Notes under the pieces: model-generated
The model's input: only the letters and a program-made list of their open reading frames with translations
Told to the model about the DNA's origin: nothing
Databases searched by the model: none
Part shown: piece by piece, positions 8,939-18,788 of the stretch
How the letters are laid out: every line of letters begins with the position of its first letter
How positions within the stretch are numbered: position 1 is the first letter of the stretch
IMG/VR virus record: IMGVR_UViG_3300031548_000002
Location: 27,364 to 91,363 of that record
DNA length: 64,000 nucleotides
Strand: one strand, 5' to 3'
DNA from: a virus
Made by a program: the position numbers and the translations under genes

Positions 8939-9708
8939 TTGACGAGATGCGCGCCTCCCCACTGAACGCGGTCGAGTACACGAAGTGGCCGCGGCTGCTG
9001 CTGCTCGGCGACCCGGTGACGCGGGAGCAGACCAACGAGATCTTGGTGCGTACCACGTGCCACTACATGCTGATCACCAACGACGATGAGTGGGAGGCGC
9101 AGGTTCGCAAGGTCTTGGGCACGCCGCCCGACATGGATCACGAGGACTACCGGCTGCCGCACGCCGAGCTCGTCGCACGTGTGGAGGCACGTCACGCTGC
9201 CCTGGACGCGCGTCAGCGCGAGCTTGGTGTGCTCGACCTGCACTACCTGTACAACGAGCGCGTCATGTCGTGCTACGCCGACGGTCCGCACGGCTGGTGC
9301 GACTGGAACGGCGACATCGGCGCGACGCGGTACAACGTCGGTAAGTGGCCGACGGCGACTGAGGTCGACTGCGACCTGCGCACCATCGCGGCGGCGTTCC
9401 CGTTCCTGCGTATGCGGGTCCAGCTGCTGAGCGAGCGGTACTACGAGGAGGTCAAGGACGCCGACGGCCACGGCACGTACCTGCACGACGACACCGCGCC
9501 GGTGATGTGGACGGTCGCGGACGGCGAGGTGACGTACGTCATTGCGGACGCTCCGCCGATCACGCCGCCCACGGAGCTCAGCTCTGATGAGCTGGTGCTG
9601 TCGTTCAGCAACCCGTACCGCGAGCGCGGCGTCACGCTCACGCGACTGCGCGAGGCAGTCGCGCAGGTGGAACGAACGTACACCCCCACCCGAGGAGGAC
9701 AACGATGA
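8935..9708 (+). CDS. hypothetical protein
   Basis: GGAGGG RBS, coding bias, GPHGWCDWNG...VGKWP motif. Confidence 0.75.
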   Translation: MIDEMRASPLNAVEYTKWPRLLLLGDPVTREQTNEILVRTTCHYMLITNDDEWEAQVRKVLGTPPDMDHEDYRLPHAELVARVEARHAALDARQRELGVLDLHYLYNERVMSCYADGPHGWCDWNGDIGATRYNVGKWPTATEVDCDLRTIAAAFPFLRMRVQLLSERYYEEVKDADGHGTYLHDDTAPVMWTVADGEVTYVIADAPPITPPTELSSDELVLSFSNPYRERGVTLTRLREAVAQVERTYTPTRGGQR

Positions 9709-10100
9709 TGGTGACGAGTAAGACCAGCCGTGAGCGGTCCGAGCGGCTGCTGTTCCCCGAGCGGCAGCGCTGCCGAACGTGCCGCGCGCCGTTCGCGTTC
9801 ATCGTGATCGACCGGCAGTACTGCTCGTACGACTGCGCGGGAGTGCAGCCGCCGGACGTACTGGCGAAGCCGCGCTCGTGCTGGACGGACATCGGCGAGC
9901 CCAAGTACTGCTACTTCACGCCGGACGACGCGGACCGCGCCGCGCGCCTGCACAACGAGGCGCGCAACCCGCGGGATCGACTGCACGCGTACTACTGCGA
10001 CCGGCACCACATGTGGCACATCGGCCAGCCGCAGGACGTCACGGGCACCGGCAGCTCGATCGGCGACTGGGCCGACCGTGTGCTGGAGTCGCGCACGTGA
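9705..10100 (+). CDS. Zn-binding hypothetical protein
   Basis: CRTC...YCSYDC and YYCDRHHMWH. Confidence 0.7.
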   Translation: MMVTSKTSRERSERLLFPERQRCRTCRAPFAFIVIDRQYCSYDCAGVQPPDVLAKPRSCWTDIGEPKYCYFTPDDADRAARLHNEARNPRDRLHAYYCDRHHMWHIGQPQDVTGTGSSIGDWADRVLESRT

Positions 10101-10333
10101 TGAAGGCGCCCGTTGTGCTCGCGCTCGCGTTTGTGGCCGGCGTCACCGGAGTGGGAAGTCTCGCGCTGTTCGTCGTGCTCGAAGACTTCGACACGTACAC
10201 GGCGCGCGGCCTAACGCTACTGCTCACGGCGTTCATCTTGGGTGGTGCGGGGACGGCGCTACTGCTGTCACACCGTGATGCGATTGAGGCGTGGGTTCAC
10301 GAAGATAATGACGAAGGCGAGGATGCACCGTGA
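10100..10333 (+). CDS. two-TM membrane protein
   Basis: ATG overlaps the upstream stop; two hydrophobic segments. Confidence 0.65.
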   Translation: MKAPVVLALAFVAGVTGVGSLALFVVLEDFDTYTARGLTLLLTAFILGGAGTALLLSHRDAIEAWVHEDNDEGEDAP

Positions 10334-10602
10334 AGATCTACCTGACGAAGACGCGCTGGAACGCGCTCGCGCTGACCGATGATGGCGGCGTGCACCCGCG
10401 GCCGCTGTCCGTCGAGCTGCTGACCGGCGAGCTCGGCCTGGCGACGCGCGATGCGATCGTCACCCTCTCGGGACTCATCAAGCACGGCGTCCTGACGCGG
10501 GTGGGCGCCGAGTACCGTTGCACGCGGAAGGGCGCCGAGCTCGTCCAGCGCATGCGCGTCGGCACGATCGACGACGTCACCCTGGAGGTCGACGATGACT
10601 GA
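10330..10602 (+). CDS. small winged-helix-like protein
   Basis: LSGLIKHGVL...YRCTRKGAELV. Confidence 0.6.
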   Translation: MKIYLTKTRWNALALTDDGGVHPRPLSVELLTGELGLATRDAIVTLSGLIKHGVLTRVGAEYRCTRKGAELVQRMRVGTIDDVTLEVDDD

Positions 10603-11482
10603 GAGCGACGCTCGTAGGCTGCGAGTTTCACCGGATGAGGCCGTCGCCATGCTGAAGAACCTGTGGGAGATCTCGGGCACCGGTGAGCTGCGCGTCGCGA
10701 AGCACCTACTGCCCGATCGGATCCCGTGGTACAGCGACGTTCAGAAGCTGTCGCCTCTGGCGAGCAGCGATCACGACCAGCACACCTTCGGCGGCGCCAC
10801 CAATCCGCTGTGGGATATCATCCGCTGGATGCCCGCGGTGGACGGCGACTGCTGGTGCACACGGCACCCGAAGATCGGTCGGTCGTGGATCGAGCTGCGC
10901 ACGGATGCGTACCAGCGGTACGTTGAGTCGGGCGTCGAGCGGTTCGCTGTCTGCACTGAGTACGCGTTCTCGATCATCTCGCCCGGTGACGTCGCGTGGA
11001 TCTCACAGCTCGTGCGGGGCCGGCCGGTCGTCGAGCTGGGCGCGGGACGCGGGTACTGGGCGTGGCAGCTTCAGCAGGCGGGTGTGACGGTTCACGCGTA
11101 CGAGCCGTGCCGACCCGGCGACGACAACACGTACTTCACGTTCGGAGAGCAGTTCACGAATGTCGTGAAACGCGATCACACGGCGGTGGATGATCACCCC
11201 GACGCGGCGCTGCTCATGGTGTGGCCGGGCTACGGCGCCCCGTGGGCCGCTGACGCCTTGAAGCGCTACCGCGGCGACATGGTGATCTACGCCGGCGAGG
11301 GCGAGGGCGGCTGCACGGCGGACGACGAGTTCTACGAGGTGCTCAAGCGCGACTGGGAGTGGCTCGCCACATCCGACAAGCACGTCACGTGGTGGGGCAT
11401 CCACGACCACCTGCAGGCGTACGTGCGCAAGCAGAGTCCGCGCGTCTCGCTGGTCAAGGAGCCCGCGACGGTCGCGGGCTGA
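10595..11482 (+). CDS. class I SAM-dependent methyltransferase
   Basis: VVELGAGRGYWA motif I; LLMVWP; IYAGEGEGGCTA. Confidence 0.8.
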   Translation: MTESDARRLRVSPDEAVAMLKNLWEISGTGELRVAKHLLPDRIPWYSDVQKLSPLASSDHDQHTFGGATNPLWDIIRWMPAVDGDCWCTRHPKIGRSWIELRTDAYQRYVESGVERFAVCTEYAFSIISPGDVAWISQLVRGRPVVELGAGRGYWAWQLQQAGVTVHAYEPCRPGDDNTYFTFGEQFTNVVKRDHTAVDDHPDAALLMVWPGYGAPWAADALKRYRGDMVIYAGEGEGGCTADDEFYEVLKRDWEWLATSDKHVTWWGIHDHLQAYVRKQSPRVSLVKEPATVAG

Positions 11483-11496
11483 CACGAGAGGAAGAC

Positions 11497-12465
11497 ATGT
11501 CACACTTCACGCTGATCGTCGAGCTGCCCGAGGGCACGCTGCCCGACGACTACGAGAGTGAGATCGCGCGCCGCCTGGAGCGCTACGACGAGAACCGCAA
11601 GGTCGAGCCGTACCGGGACTACTGGGAGAGCGTCGACCCGCGCGACAACTGGGCGTTCGAGTACGTGTACGAGACGCTCCAGAAGAGCGACGAGAACGCG
11701 CCGGCGCCGGAGGACGTCACGCTCGAGCGCTTCGTCGCCGCGTACAACGAGCGCTACCACAACGACGAGGAGGACAGTGAGAAGCCGGTCGAGTACGACG
11801 CCGAGACCGGCCGGGCGTTCACGTGGTCGACGTACAACCCCGAGTCCAAGTGGGACTGGTGGACCATCGGCGGCCGCTGGCGCGGGTACTTCACCACCGT
11901 CGAGAAGATGTCGTCGGATGACGTTCAGCGCGTGCTGCTGACCGCGCCCCGCTGGATGAACGAAGACTACGAGGTGCACGATCGCGCGTGCGACGGCGGA
12001 CCGATCCGGCTGCTCGACCTGGAGGGCCAGCGCGCCACGGCGGTCGCGAAGGCGGAGGAGCGCTTCGCGACGTACGAGCGCGCGATCGCCGGAACACCCG
12101 AGGCGCTGTCGTGGACGGAGTCGCGCGAGTCGCACGACGACATCGAAGATGCGCGCGCGTTCTACCGCGAGCAGCCGCGCGTGCAGGCGCTGAATGAGGC
12201 GTTCAGCGACTTCGGCTTCGGCTGTCGGATCGAAGAGTTCCGGTGGGGTCGCGAGCTCTACGTGCACCGTGCGCGGCTGAGTGCCGTGCCGGGCTACGCG
12301 TACCTGACGCGCGACGACCGGTGGCTGTCGCCCGGCGACATGGGCTGGTTCGGGCTGAGCTCGGACACCGTGGAGAGCCGTGAGGCATACGACACCGCGG
12401 TGAACGGGCGGATCACGAGCCTCGGTCCCGATGTCGTGCTCGTGCTGGTCGACTGTCACATCTGA
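11497..12465 (+). CDS. conserved phage hypothetical protein
   Basis: GAGAGGA RBS; YNPESKWDWWTIGGRW and C-terminal LVDCHI. Confidence 0.75.
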   Translation: MSHFTLIVELPEGTLPDDYESEIARRLERYDENRKVEPYRDYWESVDPRDNWAFEYVYETLQKSDENAPAPEDVTLERFVAAYNERYHNDEEDSEKPVEYDAETGRAFTWSTYNPESKWDWWTIGGRWRGYFTTVEKMSSDDVQRVLLTAPRWMNEDYEVHDRACDGGPIRLLDLEGQRATAVAKAEERFATYERAIAGTPEALSWTESRESHDDIEDARAFYREQPRVQALNEAFSDFGFGCRIEEFRWGRELYVHRARLSAVPGYAYLTRDDRWLSPGDMGWFGLSSDTVESREAYDTAVNGRITSLGPDVVLVLVDCHI

Positions 12466-12473
12466 CGTCCTGG

Positions 12474-12518
12474 GTGCGGGTTCCGTGAATCGCACGGGAC
12501 CCGCACTTGTGGTATATT
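12474..12518 (+). promoter_or_regulatory. terminator hairpin fused with promoter
   Basis: IR 12474-12506 overlapping TCGCAC-N17-TATATT (12490-12518). Confidence 0.6.
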
Positions 12519-12560
12519 CGTATCAGGCGTAGACGCGCCTCGACACGACAGGAGAAGTCA

Positions 12561-12995
12561 GTGCACTACACTCACTACGTGGAGAAGACGTCCGGCGGGT
12601 CGTCCGGTGGGTCGACCGGTGGTAAGTCGGGCGGGACCACGTCGGGCGGCAAGTCCGGCGGCTCCACGGGCAAGTCTTCGACCAGCGGCTCCAGTACGTC
12701 CAGTGGCTCCAGTATGTCCAGTGGCAAGGTCACGATCAAGAAGCCCGCGGACCTCGCGAAGCTGCCGCCGGTAAGCGTGCCGCAGCCCAACGGTCCGGCG
12801 ATCGTGATGAACATGCAGGACTTCTGCGTCCTGCCCAACGCCAACGCGATCAACGCCGCCGTGTACGGCCAGTGCGTCGCGCGCAAGCGCAAGAAGGACG
12901 ATGACGACGTTCCCATGTGGGGCGTCATCCTCATCGTCGCACTGGTCGTCGTCCTGGTGATCGCGGCGCTCGCGTACTTCCTCAGCAACGACTAG
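12561..12995 (+). CDS. Gly/Ser-rich protein with C-terminal TM anchor
   Basis: SGGxxGG repeats; hydrophobic C-terminal helix; AGGAG RBS. Confidence 0.7.
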   Translation: MHYTHYVEKTSGGSSGGSTGGKSGGTTSGGKSGGSTGKSSTSGSSTSSGSSMSSGKVTIKKPADLAKLPPVSVPQPNGPAIVMNMQDFCVLPNANAINAAVYGQCVARKRKKDDDDVPMWGVILIVALVVVLVIAALAYFLSND

Positions 12996-13007
12996 TCGGG
13001 AGACATC

Positions 13008-13793
13008 GTGGGAATCTTCAACCGAGGCCTGTTCGCGGGTGACATGTACAAGACCATGGACCCGGTGCGCGCCAGTGACGGCAGCAAGTCCGCCGCCATG
13101 ATGACGAGCACGTTCATGAGCAAGGCGCCGACGCTCGTCGAGTCGTTCCGCACCGCGGGCGTCTTGCTCGAGAAGAAGGGCGGCCTGGGACTGCGAGCCG
13201 CCGTGTACCTCGTCGTCGATCGCTCCGGCTCGATGAGCGGCTACTTCCGTGACGGCTCGGTCCAGGCGTTCGCGGACCGCATCCTCGCGGCCGCCGCGCA
13301 GTTCGATGACGACGGCGTCGTGCCGACCGTGTTCTTCGGCTCACGCGCTCACCCCACCAAGGACATCGTCCTGGGCCAGCACGCCGGCCGCGTCGCGCAG
13401 CTTCACCAGGAGTTCGGCAGCATGGGCTCGACGAACTACGCCGACGCCATGGAGACGGTGATCCGGCACTACCGCGGGACGAACCCGCGGGTGCCCGCCC
13501 TGGTGTTCTTCCAGACCGACGGCGCGCCGGACAACCAGTCCGCCGCGGAGGAAATCATCGTCAGGTCGTCGAAGCTGCCGATCTTCTGGCAGTTCGTCGG
13601 CTTCGGCCACGACCGGTTCGCGTTCCTCAACCGGCTGGACACGCTGACGAACCGCACGGTCGACAACGCGGGCTTCTTGGCCGCGGGCTTCGACCCGGCC
13701 GCGCTGTCCGACTCGGAGCTGTACGACAAGCTGCTCAACGAGTACCCCTCGTGGGTCCGGTCCGCGCAGAACGTCGGCATCGTCGCGCGCTAG
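13008..13793 (+). CDS. vWA-domain protein (TerF/toxic-cation-resistance-like)
   Basis: MIDAS DRSGSM, FQTDG, LPIFWQFVGFG, VDNAGF. Confidence 0.85.
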   Translation: MGIFNRGLFAGDMYKTMDPVRASDGSKSAAMMTSTFMSKAPTLVESFRTAGVLLEKKGGLGLRAAVYLVVDRSGSMSGYFRDGSVQAFADRILAAAAQFDDDGVVPTVFFGSRAHPTKDIVLGQHAGRVAQLHQEFGSMGSTNYADAMETVIRHYRGTNPRVPALVFFQTDGAPDNQSAAEEIIVRSSKLPIFWQFVGFGHDRFAFLNRLDTLTNRTVDNAGFLAAGFDPAALSDSELYDKLLNEYPSWVRSAQNVGIVAR

Positions 13794-13806
13794 TCCGCCG
13801 CAGCTC

Positions 13807-13950
13807 GAAGGCTCGCATCCGTTGGATGCGGGCCTTCAGCGTGCTGTACGGCCGCTGAGACGGCCAACGAACAGGCCCCGCCCGGTAGGGCGGGGCCTGT
13901 GTGCTGCGCCCGCCAACGGGCGCGTAGACGCCTACGGGTCGCGCGCACAT
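13807..13950. other. cluster of consecutive hairpins in the early/virion boundary region
   Basis: IRs at 13807-13837, 13850-13865, 13871-13900, 13906-13923, 13923-13936. Confidence 0.6.
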
Positions 13951-14030
13951 CGGACCAGGTCGCGCCGAACGCTCATCCACTCGTCGGCGACTCTCACATA
14001 GGTGTAGTACCGTAGCCGTGGGAGGACAAC

Positions 14031-14378
14031 GTGGAGAGCACCGTGGACGACACACTGACGATCGTGGCATTCGACCCACTACGACCGATCTTCCTACTCA
14101 TCATGATCAGCCTGGTGACGTACCGTGTCACGCGACTGATCGCGGCTGACGCGTTCCCACTGATCGCGACGCCGCGCGAGTGGATCATCGGCAAGCTGGG
14201 AGAGGACCACTGGTTCTCGTACTTGATCACATGCATGTGGTGCGCGTCGATGTACGTCGCGGCGGGCGTGGTCGCCGTGTTCGACCGCTACACAGCGGTG
14301 CCGTGGCCCTACGCGATGGTCTTCGTTGCGTCGGCGATCACCGGCACCATCGCGATGCACGAGCCGGAGGTTGACTGA
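14031..14378 (+). CDS. DUF1360-like membrane protein
   Basis: YRVTRLIAAD...LITCMWCASMY. Confidence 0.75.
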   Translation: MESTVDDTLTIVAFDPLRPIFLLIMISLVTYRVTRLIAADAFPLIATPREWIIGKLGEDHWFSYLITCMWCASMYVAAGVVAVFDRYTAVPWPYAMVFVASAITGTIAMHEPEVD

Positions 14379-14962
14379 TGGAGTGGCGACTGTTCGAAGA
14401 GGGCACGACGCCGTACGTCAGCACCGCCGAGTTTCACCGGGACCGCGAGCGCGCGCCGCACCTGGAGCAGGCGCACCACCGGGCGCGCATGGAGCTCGCG
14501 CTGGAGTGCGTGCGCGCCGCCGAGAACTGGTACGCCAAGCCGACGCTGTGCGACCTCGGCGCGGGCGACGGTGGGTTCCTGACGCTGGTCGCGCCGTACG
14601 TAAGTCGCGCGTGGGGCTACGACCTCTGTCCCGCGAACGTCGCGGGTGCGGCGGAGCGCGGAGTGAACGTCGAGCTGCGCGACTTCACCGCGGAGAAGCC
14701 CGAGCTGGGCACGGTGGTGACGACGCTGGAGGTCTTGGAGCACGTCGCCCGCCCGCACGCGCTGGTGAAGGCGCTGTGGCAGGCGGGCGTCCGGGTGCTG
14801 ATCGCATCATCACCGGTGGATGAGACGGAGGCATCTCACGACGCGGTTCACGCGTGGGCGTGGGACATGGACGGCTACCGCGCGCTCGTTGAGAGTGGCG
14901 GTTGGACCGTCGTACGGCACGAGACGGCCGGTCGGTACCAGGTGGTACTCGCTCGCAGGTAG
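14378..14962 (+). CDS. class I SAM methyltransferase (paralog of 42409..42978)
   Basis: DLGAGDG, EVLEHV, HAWAWD. Confidence 0.85.
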   Translation: MEWRLFEEGTTPYVSTAEFHRDRERAPHLEQAHHRARMELALECVRAAENWYAKPTLCDLGAGDGGFLTLVAPYVSRAWGYDLCPANVAGAAERGVNVELRDFTAEKPELGTVVTTLEVLEHVARPHALVKALWQAGVRVLIASSPVDETEASHDAVHAWAWDMDGYRALVESGGWTVVRHETAGRYQVVLARR

Positions 14963-14970
14963 GAGTAGCG

Positions 14971-16635
14971 GTGGGTTGGCGGAGAACCTCATCGGCGCGA
15001 CCGCGCGCACGCGTGATGCGCGGTGACCGCGAGAGTACGGCGCTCGCGGTCGTCGAGAGCCCCGCGCTGTCGCGCCGCGAGCACCGCGCGTTGCAGCGCG
15101 CCGCTAAGAAGAACGCGAAGAAGGAGTCGCTGACCGCGGCTGCCGCGATCATGCGGTCGGACACGCGCGGCACCGTCATCCAGAAGAAACGCTGGCAGGA
15201 TGAGGCGTGGGACAACTGGCGTGGTAACGGTGAGCTCTGGTACGCGACCGAGTGGAAGGGCAACGCGGTCTCACGCGTGCGGTTGAAGGCCGCGAAGATC
15301 GTGCCCGGCTCGGATGAGCCGGAGATCGTGGACGACGGTCCGGCGGCGGAGCTTATGGAGCAGCTCGCTGGTGGCATCGGCGGCCAGTCCGTGCTCATGA
15401 AGAGCTTCTCGATCAAGCTCGACATCGCGGGCGACTCGTATTTCATCATGTACGTGGATGAAGAGGGAGTTACGCACAGCGGGGTGTACTCCGCGGACGT
15501 CGTGCGCAAGGACACCAGCGGTGGTTTCTCACTTCAGCTGGATGAGTCCGGGCCAGTGCCGCTGCCGCGCGAGTCGCTGGTCGTCCGCATCTGGAACCCC
15601 GACGAGCAGTACCCGTGGCTGGCCATCTCGCCGACCGAGCCCGCGCTCAGCGTGCTGCGCGAGGTCGACCTCTACAACCGAAAGATCATCACCGAGCTGA
15701 CGGCGCGCATCGCCAGCAACGGCGTGTGGCTGATTCCCGATGAGGTGACGTTCCCCGTCCGCGACGAGTTCTCGGACGCGCCGGACCCGTTCATCTCCGA
15801 GTGGATCGACGTCGCATCGAAGGCGATCCAGAACCCGGGAAGTGCCGCGGCCGCACTGCCGATTCCGATGCGCGTGCCCGCGGACTTCATCGACAAGTTC
15901 GAGCACGTCCGCTTCTCGGACAACGTCGTCAAGGAGACGTTGGACGGTCGCGACCGCGCGCTGAGCCGACTCGCGAAGATGCTCAACGTTCCGGCTGAAG
16001 TTTTGACTGGCATGGGAGACGTGAACCATTGGGGGTCTTGGAAGATCGAAGACTCCGCGATCAAGATTCACGTGCTTCCCACGGTAGAAACGATTTGTCG
16101 TGGTCTCACGGTGGGGTACCTGCAGCCCGCCCTCTCCAATCAGAGCCTCGAAGAGTTCGACGATAATGACGTCGCGGATGACGCGAATGGCGAGCAGGCG
16201 CAATACGTCGTCTGGTATGATGCGTCCGAGCTGGAGAAGCAGCCCGACCTCGGCGAGCGCGCCGTCCAGCTCCACGACCGCGTCGCGATCTCTGACGAGG
16301 CACTGCGCCGCGCGACCGGCTTCGATGACTCCGACGCGCCGACCGACGAAGAGCGCAACGCGCAGATCCTGAAGAAGCTCGCGTACAGTGGCCAGCAGGT
16401 CACCAACGCGTACGAGGAGCTCACCGGAACTCCGGTGGCCGGCGTCGGGGACGAGGAATCCACGACCTCGCCCGAAGCGAACCTCCCCGCACCGGCGCCG
16501 GCCGCCGGGCCTGCGCCCACGGTGGTAAGACCACCGAGCACGCGCACCGAAGTACCGTCCGGTGAAAGTGGCGGACCTCCGGGCGCGAGCGTCGACACCA
16601 CCTTCCTCGAGATCGTTGAGAGGACGCGCACGTGA
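14971..16635 (+). CDS. portal protein
   Basis: WQDEAWD...GELWY, RIWNP, LNVPAEVLTGMGDVNHW typical of actinophage portals; AGGAG RBS before GTG 14971. Confidence 0.85.
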   Translation: MGWRRTSSARPRARVMRGDRESTALAVVESPALSRREHRALQRAAKKNAKKESLTAAAAIMRSDTRGTVIQKKRWQDEAWDNWRGNGELWYATEWKGNAVSRVRLKAAKIVPGSDEPEIVDDGPAAELMEQLAGGIGGQSVLMKSFSIKLDIAGDSYFIMYVDEEGVTHSGVYSADVVRKDTSGGFSLQLDESGPVPLPRESLVVRIWNPDEQYPWLAISPTEPALSVLREVDLYNRKIITELTARIASNGVWLIPDEVTFPVRDEFSDAPDPFISEWIDVASKAIQNPGSAAAALPIPMRVPADFIDKFEHVRFSDNVVKETLDGRDRALSRLAKMLNVPAEVLTGMGDVNHWGSWKIEDSAIKIHVLPTVETICRGLTVGYLQPALSNQSLEEFDDNDVADDANGEQAQYVVWYDASELEKQPDLGERAVQLHDRVAISDEALRRATGFDDSDAPTDEERNAQILKKLAYSGQQVTNAYEELTGTPVAGVGDEESTTSPEANLPAPAPAAGPAPTVVRPPSTRTEVPSGESGGPPGASVDTTFLEIVERTRT

Positions 16636-18788
16636 CGCGCATCACGATGGTCTCCGAGGCTGAGCTGCAAGCTGCCGCCGACGCGCTCGCCACGGACATG
16701 GTCGAGACGCTGCGTGCGGTTCTACGGCGCGCGGGCCAGGCGCTGGGCCAGACTATCACGGCGGCCGCCGAGCGGCCCGAGCGGGTCGTTCTAGACCAAG
16801 CTGAGACGGCCTGGCTGGACGCCGTCAACGGCGACTTCTTTCCGCGCGTTGTGAACGCCTACGTCTCCGCCGCAGAGCGCGCTCACCTGCAGCTCGTCGA
16901 CGTCTATGGCGGCGCGCCGGCCGCCGTGCCATTCGTGAGCCAGTCGGCGGCGGTCGCGTACCTCACGGACTCCGGCAACCGCATGATGAACGTCACGGAG
17001 GGCACGTGGGCGCGCGCTCGAGCGCAGCTCATTGAGGGTTTTCAGGCGGGCGAGTCGATCCAGCAGCTGACCGCTCGCCTGCAGTCGGTGAGCGACTGGA
17101 GCGAGTCGCGCGCCGCGACCGTGGCCCGCACTGAGATCATCTCCGCGTCCAACGCGGGCGCGCTGGCCGAGGTGCAGGCGACCGGTGCGATCGCGAAGAA
17201 GACGTGGCTCGCCACCAAGGATTCGCGCACGCGTGAGGCGCACCGTAAGGCTGACGGCCAGACGGTTAGCGTCAACAACGTGTTCATCGTGGACGGTGAG
17301 GCGCTGGACTTCCCGGGCGACCCGCAGGGTGAGCCGGAAAATGTGATCAACTGCAGATGTACTTTGTCACTTGACGTCAAAAAGTCGGAGCTGTCCGTCG
17401 CGCTGGAAGACCTGCCCGACGTCACCGACGAGTTCGACCCAGCGGACTTCGTCGACCTGGACTCGCTGGTCGCGGCGGCGTCGCGCATTGAGCTCGCGCC
17501 GCGTAAGAAGTACGACGAGTCGAAGCACAAGCGCGGTAAGGGTGGACGCTTCGCACCTAAGTCTGGCGGTGGCGGCGGTAAGATCGACTATAAGAAGAAG
17601 ACCGCCAAGAAGGCGCCCGAGCCGGAGCCCGCCGAACCGGCGAAGAAGATCAGCTACAAGAAGACCACCGCTAAGAAGACGGCCGCGCCTCCGACGCCGC
17701 CGCCCGCGCCGACTCCGCCGCCCGCTAAGAAGGCCGCACCGGCGAAGACGACCGGCAAGAAGATCGCGCCCACCCCGCCTCCGCCGCCGGTCAAAGAACC
17801 GCCCGCGCCGGAGATCGAAGAGCTGCCCACACCGGAGCCGGCTGCACCCGGCGGCATCGAGCCGAGCGCGCCGATCGTGCAGGTGACGCCCGAGGTGCGG
17901 GACGCGCTGGACCTGTCGGAGGGCGACTTCGCGGAGACGGGTAGCCGTGTGCTGGTCGGCGACCGTGCCGGAACGGTGCGCCACTCGACGACCAACGACG
18001 CGGATCTCAGTGATGAGCTCTGGGTGCAGTTCGACGATGACCCGACGCGCGTCCAGCGCATGGCCGCGACGGACGCTGAGGTGATCGACGCGGCGGATGA
18101 CGACTACGCGGACATCACGCGGTCGCCCTTCCCAGCGGACGTCGTCGAGAACCTGCCCGCGGGCGCGCCGTTGGGCGATGAGGACGAGAATGAAGCTGAC
18201 GAGGACGCGGGCGACGACGGTGCGGAGCTGCCGTTCGCGGTCACGCCCGGCTTCGAGCCTCTCACCGAGTCGGATGCCAACGACATGCAGGACGAGATGC
18301 TGGCGCGCGAGCCCTGGTCCGTGGCGCAGGAGGAAGCACTCACCGTGTACAGCGGCGACGCGTACACAGAGATGAACGGCTGCCTGCGGTTCGATGAGGG
18401 CTGCACGGATGACATCGAGTTCGACAACCGGCAGGCGTCCGCGGCGATGCGTCCCACGACGCGCGCGACGACGGTCACGCGCGGCGCGAACTTCCAGTCG
18501 CTGGGCATCAACAACGCGGCACAGCTGGAGTCGCTGGTCGGCGCCACGGTGAGTGACCACGGCTTCACCAGCACATCGATCGATCCGAACTCCGCGTTCG
18601 CCGGCGACGTCCGGCTGCAGATCGAGGTGCCCGAGGGTGCGCGCGCCGCGTACATCGACCAGATCAGCCAGAACGCGGGCGAGCGTGAGCTGCTGCTCGA
18701 CAGAGGCACGCGCTTCGAGGTGCTGGAAGTCCAGATGCCTGCGGAAGAAGGCATGCCCGCCGCGGTGCGAGTGAGGGTGGTTGTGTAA
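16632..18788 (+). CDS. MuF-like minor head protein with C-terminal VIP2-type ADP-ribosyltransferase
   Basis: RAATVARTE, KTWLATKDSRTREAH, PGDP...INCRC (MuF); TVTRG...FTSTS...GERELLL (R-S-E ART). Confidence 0.88.
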   Translation: MTRITMVSEAELQAAADALATDMVETLRAVLRRAGQALGQTITAAAERPERVVLDQAETAWLDAVNGDFFPRVVNAYVSAAERAHLQLVDVYGGAPAAVPFVSQSAAVAYLTDSGNRMMNVTEGTWARARAQLIEGFQAGESIQQLTARLQSVSDWSESRAATVARTEIISASNAGALAEVQATGAIAKKTWLATKDSRTREAHRKADGQTVSVNNVFIVDGEALDFPGDPQGEPENVINCRCTLSLDVKKSELSVALEDLPDVTDEFDPADFVDLDSLVAAASRIELAPRKKYDESKHKRGKGGRFAPKSGGGGGKIDYKKKTAKKAPEPEPAEPAKKISYKKTTAKKTAAPPTPPPAPTPPPAKKAAPAKTTGKKIAPTPPPPPVKEPPAPEIEELPTPEPAAPGGIEPSAPIVQVTPEVRDALDLSEGDFAETGSRVLVGDRAGTVRHSTTNDADLSDELWVQFDDDPTRVQRMAATDAEVIDAADDDYADITRSPFPADVVENLPAGAPLGDEDENEADEDAGDDGAELPFAVTPGFEPLTESDANDMQDEMLAREPWSVAQEEALTVYSGDAYTEMNGCLRFDEGCTDDIEFDNRQASAAMRPTTRATTVTRGANFQSLGINNAAQLESLVGATVSDHGFTSTSIDPNSAFAGDVRLQIEVPEGARAAYIDQISQNAGERELLLDRGTRFEVLEVQMPAEEGMPAAVRVRVVV

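Noticed and set aside
12590-12725. GGxxSGG nucleotide repeats as a tandem-repeat element
   Set aside because: Degenerate at DNA level; explained by a low-complexity Gly/Ser protein linker
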